This document shows, one piece after another, positions 49,083-60,989 of a stretch of DNA of 64,000 nt (its first letter is position 1; the number at the start of each line of letters is the position of its first letter). The stretch is from Rhizodiscina lignyota (Eukaryota). A program made the translations under genes and the position numbers. The notes under the pieces were generated by a model, which was not told where the DNA came from, searched no databases, and worked only from the letters and a program-made list of their open reading frames with translations. The stretch spans positions 248,001 through 312,000 of the forward strand of contig ML978140.1 in assembly GCA_010015805.1 (NCBI GenBank). Reading direction: 5' to 3'.

Positions 49083-50345
49083 ATGAGCAGAGCGCCATCA
49101 GTGTGCTTGCTGTGCGAGCGGACTGCGCTGCGCCGCTCCATCCAGCAGCGCGCGTTTTCTCAGTTTCCGCGCGTTGCGACCAGAAGAAATGGGCTGCGAC
49201 ATGTACAATATGGACAGCCATCTCAACTACCGACTTTATTCAGACGCTCGGCCGCTTCAGCCACTCTGAACAACACTCGAGAGAGACCCAGTGATCATGC
49301 CAAACCTCCGCAAAGAGCCAAACCGCGCATCTCCGCGAAGGAGAGCGCCGCAGCGCTGGAGCGAGCAAAAGAGCTAGGAGGCAGAATACTCAGTACCACA
49401 AATGATGTCCCCTCAGAGGAGGCAATACTGCAAGCAATGAAGGCCTGCGATGCGGCAGCACGACAATTGACTGGCTATGACGAGTCTCCAAAGAGCGAAG
49501 CTGCCGGAAAAGAAGGCTCGACGCCGGCATCCGCTCTCCTGTCCCTCGATGCTCGACCAACTCACCACGTATCCCTCGCCATATCAATCGACCTCCTCTC
49601 CAACTTAGCTCACAAGCTCATGCTCCACCCCACCGTCTTCATAACCCCTCCTGTCCTTCAATCATACGTAGAGACACAATCCGTCCTCCAACGTCCGCAA
49701 ACGTTCCCTGAAATCTTCCGCCTGTACGCCGCAAAACCCACGCCAAAACCCAGTACCCATCCCCCGCAATATATCGCCCCAGACCCAAACTCCCACAAAG
49801 CAGCCATCCCAATCGAGACCGCCAACCTCGCCTTAGATGCAGCGATGGAGATCAAAGACCTCGACCTCACCCTCGCCATCCTCAACACCACATTCCGCAC
49901 GCGCGCCTTCCGGCGCCGCAAATTCGTCACCCGCGCGTTACCGCCACTCAGCGGCCTCGGCCTCGCGCCTGTTGCGTTGTACGTCCTTGCCTCGCAAATC
50001 GCGTCCATCCCCGGCGCCGCGGCCTCGCAGCAGGACATGACATTCGCCGTGTTCGTCGGCGGGCTGACGTACGTTGGCGTGGTAGCGAGCATGGGCTTCA
50101 TCGCGCTGTCGACCGCGAACGATCAGATGAAGAGGGTGACATGGGTGAGCGGCATGCCATTGCGGGAGAGGTGGATGAGGGAGGAGGAGAGAGCAGCGAT
50201 GGATAAGATTGTGCAGTCTTGGGGATTTAGTGAGAGTTGGAGGCAGGGCGAGGAGGAAGGCGAGGAATGGGAGTATCTGAGGGAGTGGATTCATGAGAGG
50301 GGGGGTGTGGTTGACCGGGTAGAGTTGATGGAGGGGATGGAGTAG
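49083..50345 (+). CDS. Conserved-type fungal hypothetical protein, probably mitochondrial membrane
   Basis: Arg-rich presequence-like N-terminus (MSRAPSVCLLC...), two hydrophobic segments, C-terminal ANDQMKRVTW...LRERW.REEERAA...WGF...EEEGEEW. An upstream in-frame ATG at 48927 lies in the promoter shared with VRP1. Confidence 0.8.
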   Translation: MSRAPSVCLLCERTALRRSIQQRAFSQFPRVATRRNGLRHVQYGQPSQLPTLFRRSAASATLNNTRERPSDHAKPPQRAKPRISAKESAAALERAKELGGRILSTTNDVPSEEAILQAMKACDAAARQLTGYDESPKSEAAGKEGSTPASALLSLDARPTHHVSLAISIDLLSNLAHKLMLHPTVFITPPVLQSYVETQSVLQRPQTFPEIFRLYAAKPTPKPSTHPPQYIAPDPNSHKAAIPIETANLALDAAMEIKDLDLTLAILNTTFRTRAFRRRKFVTRALPPLSGLGLAPVALYVLASQIASIPGAAASQQDMTFAVFVGGLTYVGVVASMGFIALSTANDQMKRVTWVSGMPLRERWMREEERAAMDKIVQSWGFSESWRQGEEEGEEWEYLREWIHERGGVVDRVELMEGME

Positions 50346-50951
50346 ATGGCTGATTCTGCTCACTGAACCGTAATATTTTGTTGATATTGGGAAATTAGTG
50401 TGCTGTCACCCAAGACAAATGAGGTCTTCGGCAATCGTGCTTTATGCAGATCTCTCCTACGATATTTATTCTATCTAGTAAGTAATCCTTATTGGCTGAG
50501 GAAATTGATGCTACTCGATTTCAGAATCCCACACTCTCTTCAATCTTGTCCACTCCTCTTCTCCATATGACCACCACTTCACGAGCAGGGTTTAAGAAGC
50601 CTTTCCTGTCTCCCCTTCATCAGCGACTGTAATATCGGCACTCCGAAGCAGTGTACCTCGACGACAGCTCCATAATATGCTTATCCCCAATTTCGCTGAC
50701 GACTTGTTCTCAAGCTCGCAGCTTTTATGGACCTCACCTCTAGATACGAACATGGGCGCAAGCTGCTCGAATTAAGGCGCCCAGCTCCACCAAGTTTCAT
50801 TGCGTTTCAGACTACACGTACGAAGTCAGACGGAGAGGAATGTGTCCGAAAAATCTTTTTACCTTTCAGTGGTCTCTATTTCGCAACTGGATACCTTTCA
50901 TTCTCTCAGTGAGAGTCTCATTGCCACAAGGGAAGAGAAGCGGTCTACAGA

Positions 50952-51443
50952 ATGGCGACTAACACCGGATCCTGTCTCTGTAGAGCAGTCAAGATATCCT
51001 TCGACGTAGAGCCACAAATTTGCGCAAGTCAAAGACGCAAGCGTCGTTCACTCAACAACATCTTCGCTAATGGAATCACCAGGCGCTCTGCCACTGTACA
51101 AACTGCCAGAAAATCACCGGCGCTGCCTTCTCGACTAACATCGTCATCGCTCGGGATAGTCTCAAGGTCAAAGGCAACACGAAAGTCTACACCGCCGCTC
51201 CTGAACAAACGGGCTCGGGGATGCCGGCGGACCTCCACTTCTGCCCGAAGTGTGGCTCCATGTTGTATGTTGTCGCGGCTGCGGAGCCGGGTGAAGATGG
51301 GGGTTCTGGACAGCGGAGGCTTGAGTAGATACGTGCCCAAGGTGGAAGCCAATACCAAGTGGAGGGCTGCTTGGTTGACGCCACAAGAGGCGACGATAGG
51401 GTTTGAGAAGATGCCGCCAGGCTATCTGACGAAAGAGTCTTGA
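50952..51443 (+). pseudogene. GFA/CENP-V (Mss4-like) zinc protein with a GC-AG intron (51024-51082) and a frameshift near 51290
   Basis: GSCLC; spliced ALCHCTNCQKITG..FS; HFCPKCGS in the exon-2 frame; the conserved tail VKMGVLD...P..E..TKWRAAWL is in another frame. Confidence 0.72.
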
Positions 51444-52174
51444 ATATGGGCTTCTCTTGTCCACTAGCTGAATTGCGACAGTGGGTAATATAAGTGAACT
51501 TCAAAGACCTCTGGAAATTGCGCTTTCCCTGCCATACTTTCACAAAAATGACAACACAGGAAGTAGCGGCAGTCGAACCCGAAGAGACGCCCGACCCGAG
51601 CATTGGCACACATAGGCCCAGAGGTTTTTTTGCGATGTAGACAACATAAAAGTCGAACATGCAGACTAAAAGAGACGCCATAAACGCCGAAAGTACGGAA
51701 ATCGAGTTGCTCTCACTCTTGCTACATAGCTCCTCCTCCCTAATCAGTTTTTGTCCTATCGTTAACTTGTCGTAGTTCTATTTTGCTGTAGCAACCATTA
51801 CATTAAAGTGATGATGATCACCATTCGTATTGGAGGAACAGAATCAGACTAACTGCTGTTGCTAATCACCAGCTAGTCCTGAAGGATATCCATGCCGCAT
51901 TAGATTGACTGCTCGTTTGGCTTGTCGTAAATCGCCTACAGCCTCACTCTCTCCATACGCTCCTCTTCCTGGGGTTCCTCTTGACCACCATTCTCGCAAT
52001 CCATCGAGGTCATTCAATTCCGAACCACATTTATAGCTTTCACATACATTATTCTCAGGCTGAGGAACAAATAGTAGAACCTTGGCTGGACATCTACTTA
52101 GATCTACAAGGCACGAGATATGAATAGGAACAAGTGGCTCCGTTGCATGAGTTGAGAGAGCATATCGCTCACGA

Positions 52175-54036
52175 TTACGAAAAGAGCCAGCTGAAGCCCT
52201 TCTCGATCGCATTTCTAGCAAGTTGTTAGAACGGCCTTTTCTTCGCACTCGTAAGCTTTATCTCACTGACCTCGGTGGTACGGACACATAATTCCGCTCA
52301 TACTCCTCAATTTCTTCCATGTCCTCATGCAGATTCGCTTCCTCCGGTCTCACCCACCTAGTCTTTTTCAGGAGTTTCCAGAAAATATACAGCAATGGAA
52401 AGACCGCAACCATGGTGTACGAGAATAGAAAAGTCGGCACGTCCCAATTGTCATCGAGAAAGACGGTATATCCGCCCACAAACGTCATGATGAACGTCCC
52501 GACGAGACCGTAGTACGCCACATACGGTTGACCCCAGCTGCGAAACGGCAGCTTGCGGCGATCGAAGCCCTGCACATCGCACGCTTTCTTGTACTTGATG
52601 AATGTGAAGCACATGACGCTGAAGTTGATCAGCTGGCTTGCCGTTACAAGGCTAACGAACCAATTCAGCACCACCGCGGCGTTATTGCTGACTTGAAGGA
52701 AACTGAGCAGCGCGATGAGAAGCACCACAATGACCGAGTATATCGGCACACCTTCCCTCGTGCAGCGCGTCAGGAACTTGGGAGCCTTCCCTTCGATCGC
52801 GAGACCGAACAGCGAGCGTGATGCACAGTAGACATAGCTGTTTCCTGCAGAGAAGGCAGATGCGAGCACCATGGCATTGACGATATGTGGAAGCACAGGA
52901 ATGTTGAGCCTGTTCATGGACACGACGTAGGGACTAGCTGCTGCACCAGGCTCGTTGTTCGTGAATGCTGCGGTCATCTCGGGATCGTTGTAGGGCACGA
53001 GTATTCCCACTGCTAGGCTGCCCAATACGAAGAAGGCTGTTAGACGGTAGAAGACCGCTGTGAACGCGCGAGGCATGACCTTTCGCGGATTTTCGGCTTC
53101 GCCGGCGGCCATGGAGACGTAGTCGGGTCCGGCGATTGTGAAGGAAGCTTGGATCAGACATTGCAGCCATCCGAGGAAACGGCCTAGGGATCCGGTGCGG
53201 TAGAGCTCAGCGAATGCTCCTGGATTGTTCCAATATCGGAAACCGAAGCGGTCGCCGAGCGGATTGCCTCCAAGCTAGAACTCAGTAAGTATCAGTTTCA
53301 AAATCATTTTGGGATGAAAGGGGTTACCATGACAATAAACGTGTAAATGATTAGACCAATGATGAGCAGAACCTTCCCTAAAGCCGCCCAAAACTCCGTC
53401 TCACCGTACCATTTCACAGCCAACACGTTGATCAGGAGATAGAGTACCAAGACAATTGCAATGATTCCTCCGGCCGGGACGACATCGCTCCAGTAGTGTA
53501 TGACCACATTACAAGCAGTTACTTCAAAGGGAACCAGTGCTGCTTCGAACACGAAGAAGTTGTACCCAGCAGCTACGCCAAACGCATCATCGACATATCG
53601 GCCAGCAAAGCGAATGAATGGCGATGAGATGGGCAAGTAGGACACCATCTCTGCCATACACACCGTTACTGCGAGGATGAAGCTGCACCAGATAGTGAAG
53701 GCCAGGAAAAGTGATGCTGGACCTCCATTGAGCAAACCGCGACCGATTTGCACATAGAGAGCCGTGCCGATTGTACCGCCGATGCCAATTAGTTGGATAT
53801 GACGAGGCTGAAGGGGCTGTCAGACATGTCCATTCGCGAGATGTTATCAAACTTCGGAAGAAGCCTGGTACCTTTAGCTTGCGATGAGTGAAATCACCGC
53901 GCTTAATAGACACATATGAAGCGCGCCGCTCGGAACCGTAAGTAAAAGCATCCTTCTCTTGATCCACTATCACATCATTCCCCTTGTTCTCAAAGTCTGG
54001 AGGCGGCGAAGCATAGTCTACTCCGGTTGATGCCAT
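52175..54036 (-). CDS. Amino acid permease (APC/YAT family, AGP2-like); exons 54036-53872, 53807-53328, 53274-52271, 52214-52175
   Basis: RKLKPRHIQLIGIGGTIGT, YGETEFW, FGFRYW, AGPDYVSMAAGEAENPR, SAGNSYVYCASRSL. Confidence 0.93.
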
Positions 54037-55572
54037 TTCTCGATTGCTCTTTGTCGACTATCTCAAACCTCGAGAACGAATTGGAGAACTTCAAAAGGTC
54101 CGGGCCTCACAAGGGCAGATACAAGCTTATTTAAACCCCAGAATCCAGCCACAATCTCTCCCCGGACTAACATTCGTTGGATACTAGCTGCATGCATCGT
54201 GGTCTTCAACGGACCATCATGAGTAATTTCACCCAACGGCAAGCTGAAAAGGGTTTTAGGAATTCTATCGCAAATTCCCAAGCCCAGGGCGATCTTACCT
54301 GCCTTTTCGTCCCGCGCCGAGATTCTTGGCTCCTTACTGGCAAGAGATTTTCGACGAGCGGCAGAGGCGCCGTTTTTGGTGTAGCATCGTGCAATTCCAA
54401 GCTCTTGGTCTCACGCATACAAATTCGAACATTATTGATCATGTTACGACTTTAAAAGAGAAATTATCGCCCAGGACTAATGATTATACCTAGCCTTCCT
54501 TCCGTAAAGCTCGAAAGAGTCTATACTTGCCCCCCGCGCTCCGAATAATGTGCAGTCTGGCATGCATCGTTTCGTGGTGCCGAGAAGAGCGATTACAACG
54601 CTACAGACACAGTGCGCAAGGAAGAGTGCAAGGTTCGTCCCGCTCACACTCCGCCGTTCGCTCTTGGCGAGTGCATGGCAGATGTCAGTGGGATGGGTGT
54701 GCGATGTGAGGTTCGCTTGGCGTGAGACGCTTTGGAGAGAGTTGGTTGTGGAGGAGCGGAATCGCCGTCAGATCTTATCGGGGCCAAGTTAGACAAGCCG
54801 CCAGAGCTTCAATTGGCAAGCAACATATTGTCGCGTATAAGAACTCATGACTCGTCATGAAATTAGCTTGATTTTGTCTTTAATTGATTCTGCTACCAAA
54901 TGTCGGGTGTTTTCATTTGCGATTGTGGAATATGGCTGATGTACATACAGGCGAGCAAACCAGAGGTAGAACAGCCCTAGCGCGTGACAAGGAGCTTCAA
55001 TGGTAGCATCAATCAGTCTGAGATCACTTCATCGTCTGGGCCTAATCTATATCCACACAATATCTGGCCTTATCAGTTGTCTTTCAGCTTCGATCGCTCT
55101 TAGCTTCATAACTAGACGGATCTGCGGTGACTCTTCTTTTTCTAGAACATTACGCATTGGAGGAACATGTCTTCGAGCAGAAATAATCGTAGGTCATGGT
55201 GCATTCCTGGCGTTTGGGCTAATGAATGGGTCCATGTACTAATCGTAGTGGGGGTATGAAATAGCTCTCGAGATAGCACGGAAACGTTTCTTTCCAAGAC
55301 GGCGAAATTCAGATTGCATCCATGCATATCCTATTCTTGTTCAATTGATGGGAGTATACGAAAGAACCGGCTGTGAACCACTTGAACAGAACGGTGTCAG
55401 GTTTGTGGTGGTGATGATCCTCTGTATTTCATCACCTATCCTACTGAGCTTTTATGGTATTGGCATGCCATCTAGATGCACTGCCGTGGTCGCAGAAAAG
55501 CCGAAGAATTGCTCGCCGTGCAAATGCTGTGAAAGAGACACGAAAAGGTAGACTCCATACTCAAACCTCCAT

Positions 55573-56138
55573 TTATGCCTGCCAAACGTAAGCCATGACA
55601 GAATTTATAGAGTGTCCCACTATTACTTACCCTGACCGCAAAATTCCTCTGAGGGAAATGCATCTGCTTCTTCTTCTGCTTCTCCGTCACCAAGCTCGCC
55701 TCCTCCTTCGTTAACTGCCTGCGGATGGCACGTGTCTGCTTCGGGCGTAGGTCGAGAGGGGCATATTTGCGGTCTTTGTAGAAGATGCGTAGTTGAGCGC
55801 GCTGGTTCGCGTTGATGACGGTGAGGACGCGGGCAATTGACTTTCGTACGTCGTGGCTGCGAGAGACCGTTAGAACCCATACGGCACAAAACATGGCAAC
55901 ATCCACCATTCGAGACAGAATAGCTGTTGGGCGTGAACGTACATCTTTGTGAGCTTCGACGAGGCACCGCCGGCAATCTTTGATGTCCTGAGCTGAACAA
56001 GCTCCTGCTTAAGATCCTCCAATTGCTTCTTGAGTTCGTTCTTGTCCTTGCCCCAGAGGGTGGCTGCCTTGACCTTTCCGGACGACTATTGCGCGTTAGA
56101 GGAGTTCCAATATCCAAAGATTTGCATATGTTTACCAT
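55573..56138 (-). CDS. RPL35: 60S ribosomal protein L35 (uL29); exons 56138-56136, 56085-55943, 55856-55631, 55578-55573
   Basis: [14 protein letters not shown]...[20 protein letters not shown]...[14 protein letters not shown]...[10 protein letters not shown]. Has an ATG-only first exon and a 6-nt last coding exon. Confidence 0.96.
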
Positions 56139-56381
56139 TTTGGAAGTTGTGGAGGAGGTGAGGCTGTATTTTTCGTTGATTTGACGTCGTCGAGGTGGGA
56201 AATGTTTAATTCGGTAGAGGCGGCGCGAAAAGTGCGCTCGGCCGGTGCCACGATAATCCGAGAAAGCATATCACGTGGCTAATTATGTCACCCCTGCGCG
56301 TGCCGGCGGGATCGCTTCGAAGCCGCCGACAGTTTCAAGACGAATTCACCTCGATATTCTCATGAAACAGATTATTTGACA

Positions 56382-57177
56382 ATGGCCGCGACTGGTGGAG
56401 GCTGGGCCCAGCTGCGCCAACAGGCCAGATCCCTAGAAACTCAAGTAAAGTCTCACTGCAGCTCCAGGCACGCTACAGAACAGCGCACTGATTTGCCACA
56501 GACAGAAACCCTCTTTCATACATACTCCCAGTACGCTTCAGCGACAAATATACCTCCCAAACCAACCGAAGACGAAGGGCGAACAGAATCCCAACTAGAA
56601 GACATATTAGAACAAGTACAGTGCCACAGTCTCCACTACAACAGCATCTAGTGGTCTGACACAGCAGATATAGCGCGAGAATCTTATAACGCAACTCTCC
56701 CGCCTACTCGATTCCGAATCCGCCCTCACCTCCTCTGCTCTAAAGCAAAACAACCTTGCCCGCCACCGCGAGGTTCTTGCAGAGCACCGCCGCGAACTGC
56801 AACGTCTCAAGTCGAGCATCAACGATGCGCGCAACAAGGCGAATCTCCTCTCGAACGTACGATCGGACATCGATGCTTACAGATCAGCGAACCCGGCGCA
56901 GGCTGAAGCAGACTATATGCTCGACGAGCGCAGACGAATAGATAACAGTCATAGCATGGCGGACAACGTCCTCAGTCAGGCGTATGCGGTGAATGAGAAC
57001 TTCGGGCTGCAGAGAGAGACGCTGGCAAGCATTAACAGGCGAATTGTCGGAGCTGCGAGCCAAGTCCCCGGAATCAACACTCTCATGAGCAAGATTTCAG
57101 TGAAGAAGAGGCGAGACGGGGTAATCCTCGCAGTGTTCATAGCGTTTTGTTTCCTTATGCTGGTGTGGTTTTGGTGA
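56382..57177 (+). CDS. GOS1: Golgi Qb-SNARE Gos1; exons 56382-56444, 56502-56615, 56674-57177
   Basis: WAQLRQQARSLE, LARHREVL, ERRRIDNSH, QVPGINTLM.KI..KKRRD followed by a C-terminal TM. Confidence 0.94.
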
Positions 57178-57315
57178 TCTGCTGGGACCTCTGTGCCTTA
57201 CCAATTAGCTTGCATTACTTTGGCGTGGGCGCTATGGTTATCCTCTGGCGATTTTCCTTTATGATGAGCGGATGGGTTCTTGCGTATTGTACAATATCCC
57301 TCATGTATGGTAAGT

Positions 57316-58395
57316 CTATGAAGCTCCAGCGGCAACGGCTTGTGCCTCAAGTTCTCGCTCAACCACGGCCTCGCGCTTGGGATCCTTTGATGGCACCTTC
57401 TCCACGCCGGCATCCAGCAAACGGTGCAACCCCTTGACCAAATATTCTCTTTCGGTTGCGTTGGCCTCACCACACCCTGCCCATCGGATCTGACAATCTT
57501 CATCCACGAGGAAAACAAAGCCCACATTCTTGTTTGAGAGGCCAAGAGTTTCTCGAACAGTGAGCGGCAGGTCCCTATTCAGAATGAAATATTTGTCGTG
57601 CTCCTCGCGCGATACCGTCAATCGCAGGTTCGCCATTGTCGCCCATATCATCCACCACTTCATGAAATTGTCCTCGACGTTGATTCGGACAATTTGTGCC
57701 CTTCCACCACTTGACGCTATCGCCTCTCTCAACTTGGGGTTCTCCTCCTGTCCGATGAATGTCTTGATCTGGTTCTCTGCCCACGCGCTTGTAAACATGC
57801 ACACTACCGAGACCTTGTTTCGCAGCACGGAGGTAGTATCCTTATTCTCTGCGCTCGCGATGGTGCGTCCGATTAAGTTGGGGAAGTATAATGACAGTGA
57901 CTTCTTGAAGACTCGCGGGTTGGCCAAGAACGTCTTGCCCTGGTTATACTTGAGGTTTGCCCAGTCCTTGTAGTAGCCCTTGGACATCCTCTTGAACCTG
58001 TCACGCACACATCAGCCTCCAAATTACGACATCTCTACGCGCTAGTGGTCGCGTGCTCACATGACCTTCCGCTTCTCCAGGTGCTTATCATAATTGTGGA
58101 AGTCGTCCCGTCGCGCCCTCCATGAGCGATGGTCAACAGGATCATTTTCAAACGTCCTCGGTGGTCGTTCGAAGCCAATTGGCCTTCCCAGAGGCTTCAA
58201 TGGGCGTTTCCTCGGGTCAGTATCCTCTTCTGGGTCCTCCAATTCCTGTGTCCTTTGCGCCGATGTAGTTTTCGGACGTTCGCTATTTTCGCGGAGTCGG
58301 ACGGCGGATGCAAATGTTCGGTGACAACAACTTTGGCATACGGGCGGAGAACTGAATGCCAGCGAACGAAGCACTCGTAGCGTTGAGGGTCGCAT
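57316..58395 (-). CDS. ATP10: Mitochondrial ATP synthase assembly factor Atp10; exons 58395-58061, 57997-57316
   Basis: Presequence, PLGRPIG, GKTF.ANP..F...SLYFPN, GFVFLVDEDCQIRWAGCG.A. Confidence 0.92.
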
Positions 58396-59231
58396 CACGG
58401 ACGGTGAATAGTATCTGTAGTAGAACGGACGCGTCTGCAGCTTCGCGGTCACAATTCATTAGGAACCCTGAATTTCTGCGGAGCGGAGCGGCATTCTTGG
58501 TAAAGCAAAATCCTAATCCTAGGACAAGTGCCAAGCCGCATCGAATATTGTGGCACTCTTAAGATCTTGAGCCGAGAGGCTCGCGGTATTTATATCCCAA
58601 CACATCACTTTTCCTCTTTTCCCTTTCCATTAAAAATGAAAAAACATCACTGCCCAGTGGTGGTTTCGTGTTGCGGCAGCCCAGAGAAGCCGGCTCCATA
58701 AACTGCTGTACTCTAGCGCGTAGGGAGCATCATCATCTTGGTGTAGTTATTATGTTCGCGGCGGGAAGACGATGAGCGGCGGCGCATGATGAGGGACCGC
58801 ACCAACGTGACGGTTCATCCTCGCCGTTCCCAGAAGCAGCCTTCTCAGTAATTGTAGCACTGGATTGTCATTCAATACCCAGGCTTTCATGGACGCATTT
58901 CATTGGCAAGCATAATCCGTGGGGAATATAGTATGTAGTGATAGGAGCCTTTATAGTGAGATATCCACACCACCAGCGCTGTATTTAGAATTTACGCGGT
59001 TACTCTTGTACCCAGCCTTGGCTCCTCCCTTTGTCGTTCGCATGCAGCTTTTCAAGCCACCGGGTAAAAGCTCGGTATATAATCGGATATTCTTTGGTGA
59101 TCTCAAAAAATATCGACGACTTTAATTTCCCCACCAAAACAGTCGAACAATGTATTCTACCAAACATCCCCTTTTTGAGACCTCAAATTCCAATAACTTC
59201 CGTCTGTAATACATTTCCCGCACCCGGCGAG

Positions 59232-60440
59232 ATGGCGAAGACGCGACCCGACCAAAGGCCTTCGCGAAAATCCAAGCAGCAAAAAAAAGATGTGAACGGA
59301 AATTCTAAAAAGAAGACGGAGTCGCCTGAGATACTCCTCGTGCAGGCCACCGCTCTCCTGCACACCGGGGAACCTGACAATGCGCTCGGTCTAGCATCTC
59401 GTGCGCTTGCACAGCTTCAACCAAATGCGGAGCCCACAATTGTCGCATTACCTGCCCTCACATTGCTCGGAGAAATCAACATCGAGCGCGGCGACCCCGA
59501 TGCTGCGCGCGCCTATTTCGAACTCGCTGCACAGGTCGATGAGGATGGCGAAGCACCAGAAGAGCGAGGAGGGGGCCCGGAGAAGTTTTTCTGGCTGGCA
59601 CAGTTATGCGAGGAGGGGGGATTGGAGAGCGTGAAGTGGTATGAGAAAGGTGCAGAGTGTTTGAGAAGACAGATTTCTGAGCTGGTTGGAAAGACGCGGC
59701 TGTCCGACGAGGAGGAGCTGCTAATAGAAGAGAGGAGGGAGAAGCTGGCACAAGCTCTTTGTGGGATCGCTGAGGTGTACATGACGGATCTATCGTGGGA
59801 TGATGAGGAAGCTGAGGAGCAGTGCAACAAGGTCATGGTCGAGGCACTCTTGGTTGCACCCGATAGCGTGGAAGTCTTGCAGACAATCGCTTCGGTACGG
59901 ATATCACAGTCAAAGATGGAGGAGGCGCGGGAATACCTCTCAAAGAGCATGCAATTGTGGAAAGACTTACCCCCGGAAGACGAGAATATACCCGACTTTC
60001 CGAGCAGAATCAGTCTCGCAAGATTGCTCATGGAGGCGGAGATGGAAGACGACGCCATTCAAACCCTGGAACGATTGGTGCAGGAGGACGACGGAAGCGT
60101 CGAGGCATGGTATCTGGGAGGCTGGTGCTTGCACCTGATAGCGGAGCGGCAAGCGAGAACTACAGCTGAGATGACTGAGAGCGCGACGAAGGAGCAGGAC
60201 CGCGAGGACTTGCTGCGCAAGAGTCGGGCCTGGTTGCTTGAATGCCTTCGATTATACCAACTTCTTGACTACGAGGATGAGCGACTGAAGGAGCATGCCA
60301 TGGAACTTGTCCAAGAGCTGAACAAGATTCTGGGACCTCTGGCAAACGACAGCACTGGGGCAGGTGCAGAAGATGACGACGAATGGGAGGATGAGGAAGA
60401 TCAGGAGGATGAAAACGATGAAGAGATGGAAAATACATGA
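59232..60440 (+). CDS. ACL4: TPR-containing assembly chaperone of Rpl4
   Basis: GPEKFFWLAQL, AEVYMTDL, EVLQTIASVRISQ, PDFPSRISLARLLME, VEAWYLGGW, acidic tail. Confidence 0.88.
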   Translation: MAKTRPDQRPSRKSKQQKKDVNGNSKKKTESPEILLVQATALLHTGEPDNALGLASRALAQLQPNAEPTIVALPALTLLGEINIERGDPDAARAYFELAAQVDEDGEAPEERGGGPEKFFWLAQLCEEGGLESVKWYEKGAECLRRQISELVGKTRLSDEEELLIEERREKLAQALCGIAEVYMTDLSWDDEEAEEQCNKVMVEALLVAPDSVEVLQTIASVRISQSKMEEAREYLSKSMQLWKDLPPEDENIPDFPSRISLARLLMEAEMEDDAIQTLERLVQEDDGSVEAWYLGGWCLHLIAERQARTTAEMTESATKEQDREDLLRKSRAWLLECLRLYQLLDYEDERLKEHAMELVQELNKILGPLANDSTGAGAEDDDEWEDEEDQEDENDEEMENT

Positions 60441-60989
60441 GATGGATGAGATCTGACAATAGTGCACTCTGAACTCTGCTTTGCTACATTCGACGCAATA
60501 CTTGGAGCTATCGGCCCTTCCAGCAGTTGCTGCAAACAAGGGGTATTATCCAGTGGTCGCCGCTCCGGACGCACAGGATTTGTCGATATTCCAGAATCTG
60601 GCATCGCATTGCGAACATTCCGAACATATTGGATCGGAGACCTGTATACATCATGAATGCAGCCAGTTTATGAGGTTTCTGGGCCTGCCTGTGTGACTGG
60701 CAGGCATGCGGCTCGAGCACGACTACTCCGTGAACTATAGCTCGACCTCCACGCGAAAGCTGGGAGGGGAGCGAGTGCATTCGATGAAGGCGAAGCTTAG
60801 TCCGTGTAGAGCTTTCAGACGCACAATCTATCTTTACTGCAGTAGTTGTGCACTTTGTCTTCTGTTGGACTACTTTTGAATCACCCTCACAGATAGTACT
60901 GCACGAATCCCAAACCTCTGGCCGCTTTTTGTGCGCCTGGAAATGCTCAAAAAGCCAAATGCACCCGCCTCTCATCCGATCTCGATCAA

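Noticed and set aside
51265..51286. 22-nt GTATGT...GAG mini-intron that would fix the GFA frameshift
   Set aside because: Far shorter than the other introns in this window (about 49 nt or more) and has no branch site.
55395..55436. C/D snoRNA downstream of RPL35 (GTGATGA...CTGA on the minus strand)
   Set aside because: Only about 40 nt between the boxes, outside the introns, and no recognisable guide.
58630..58880. Structured ncRNA (SRP, U3, RNase MRP/P) between ATP10 and ACL4
   Set aside because: Small hairpins and a T-run are present, but I could not find the diagnostic boxes of any of these RNAs.
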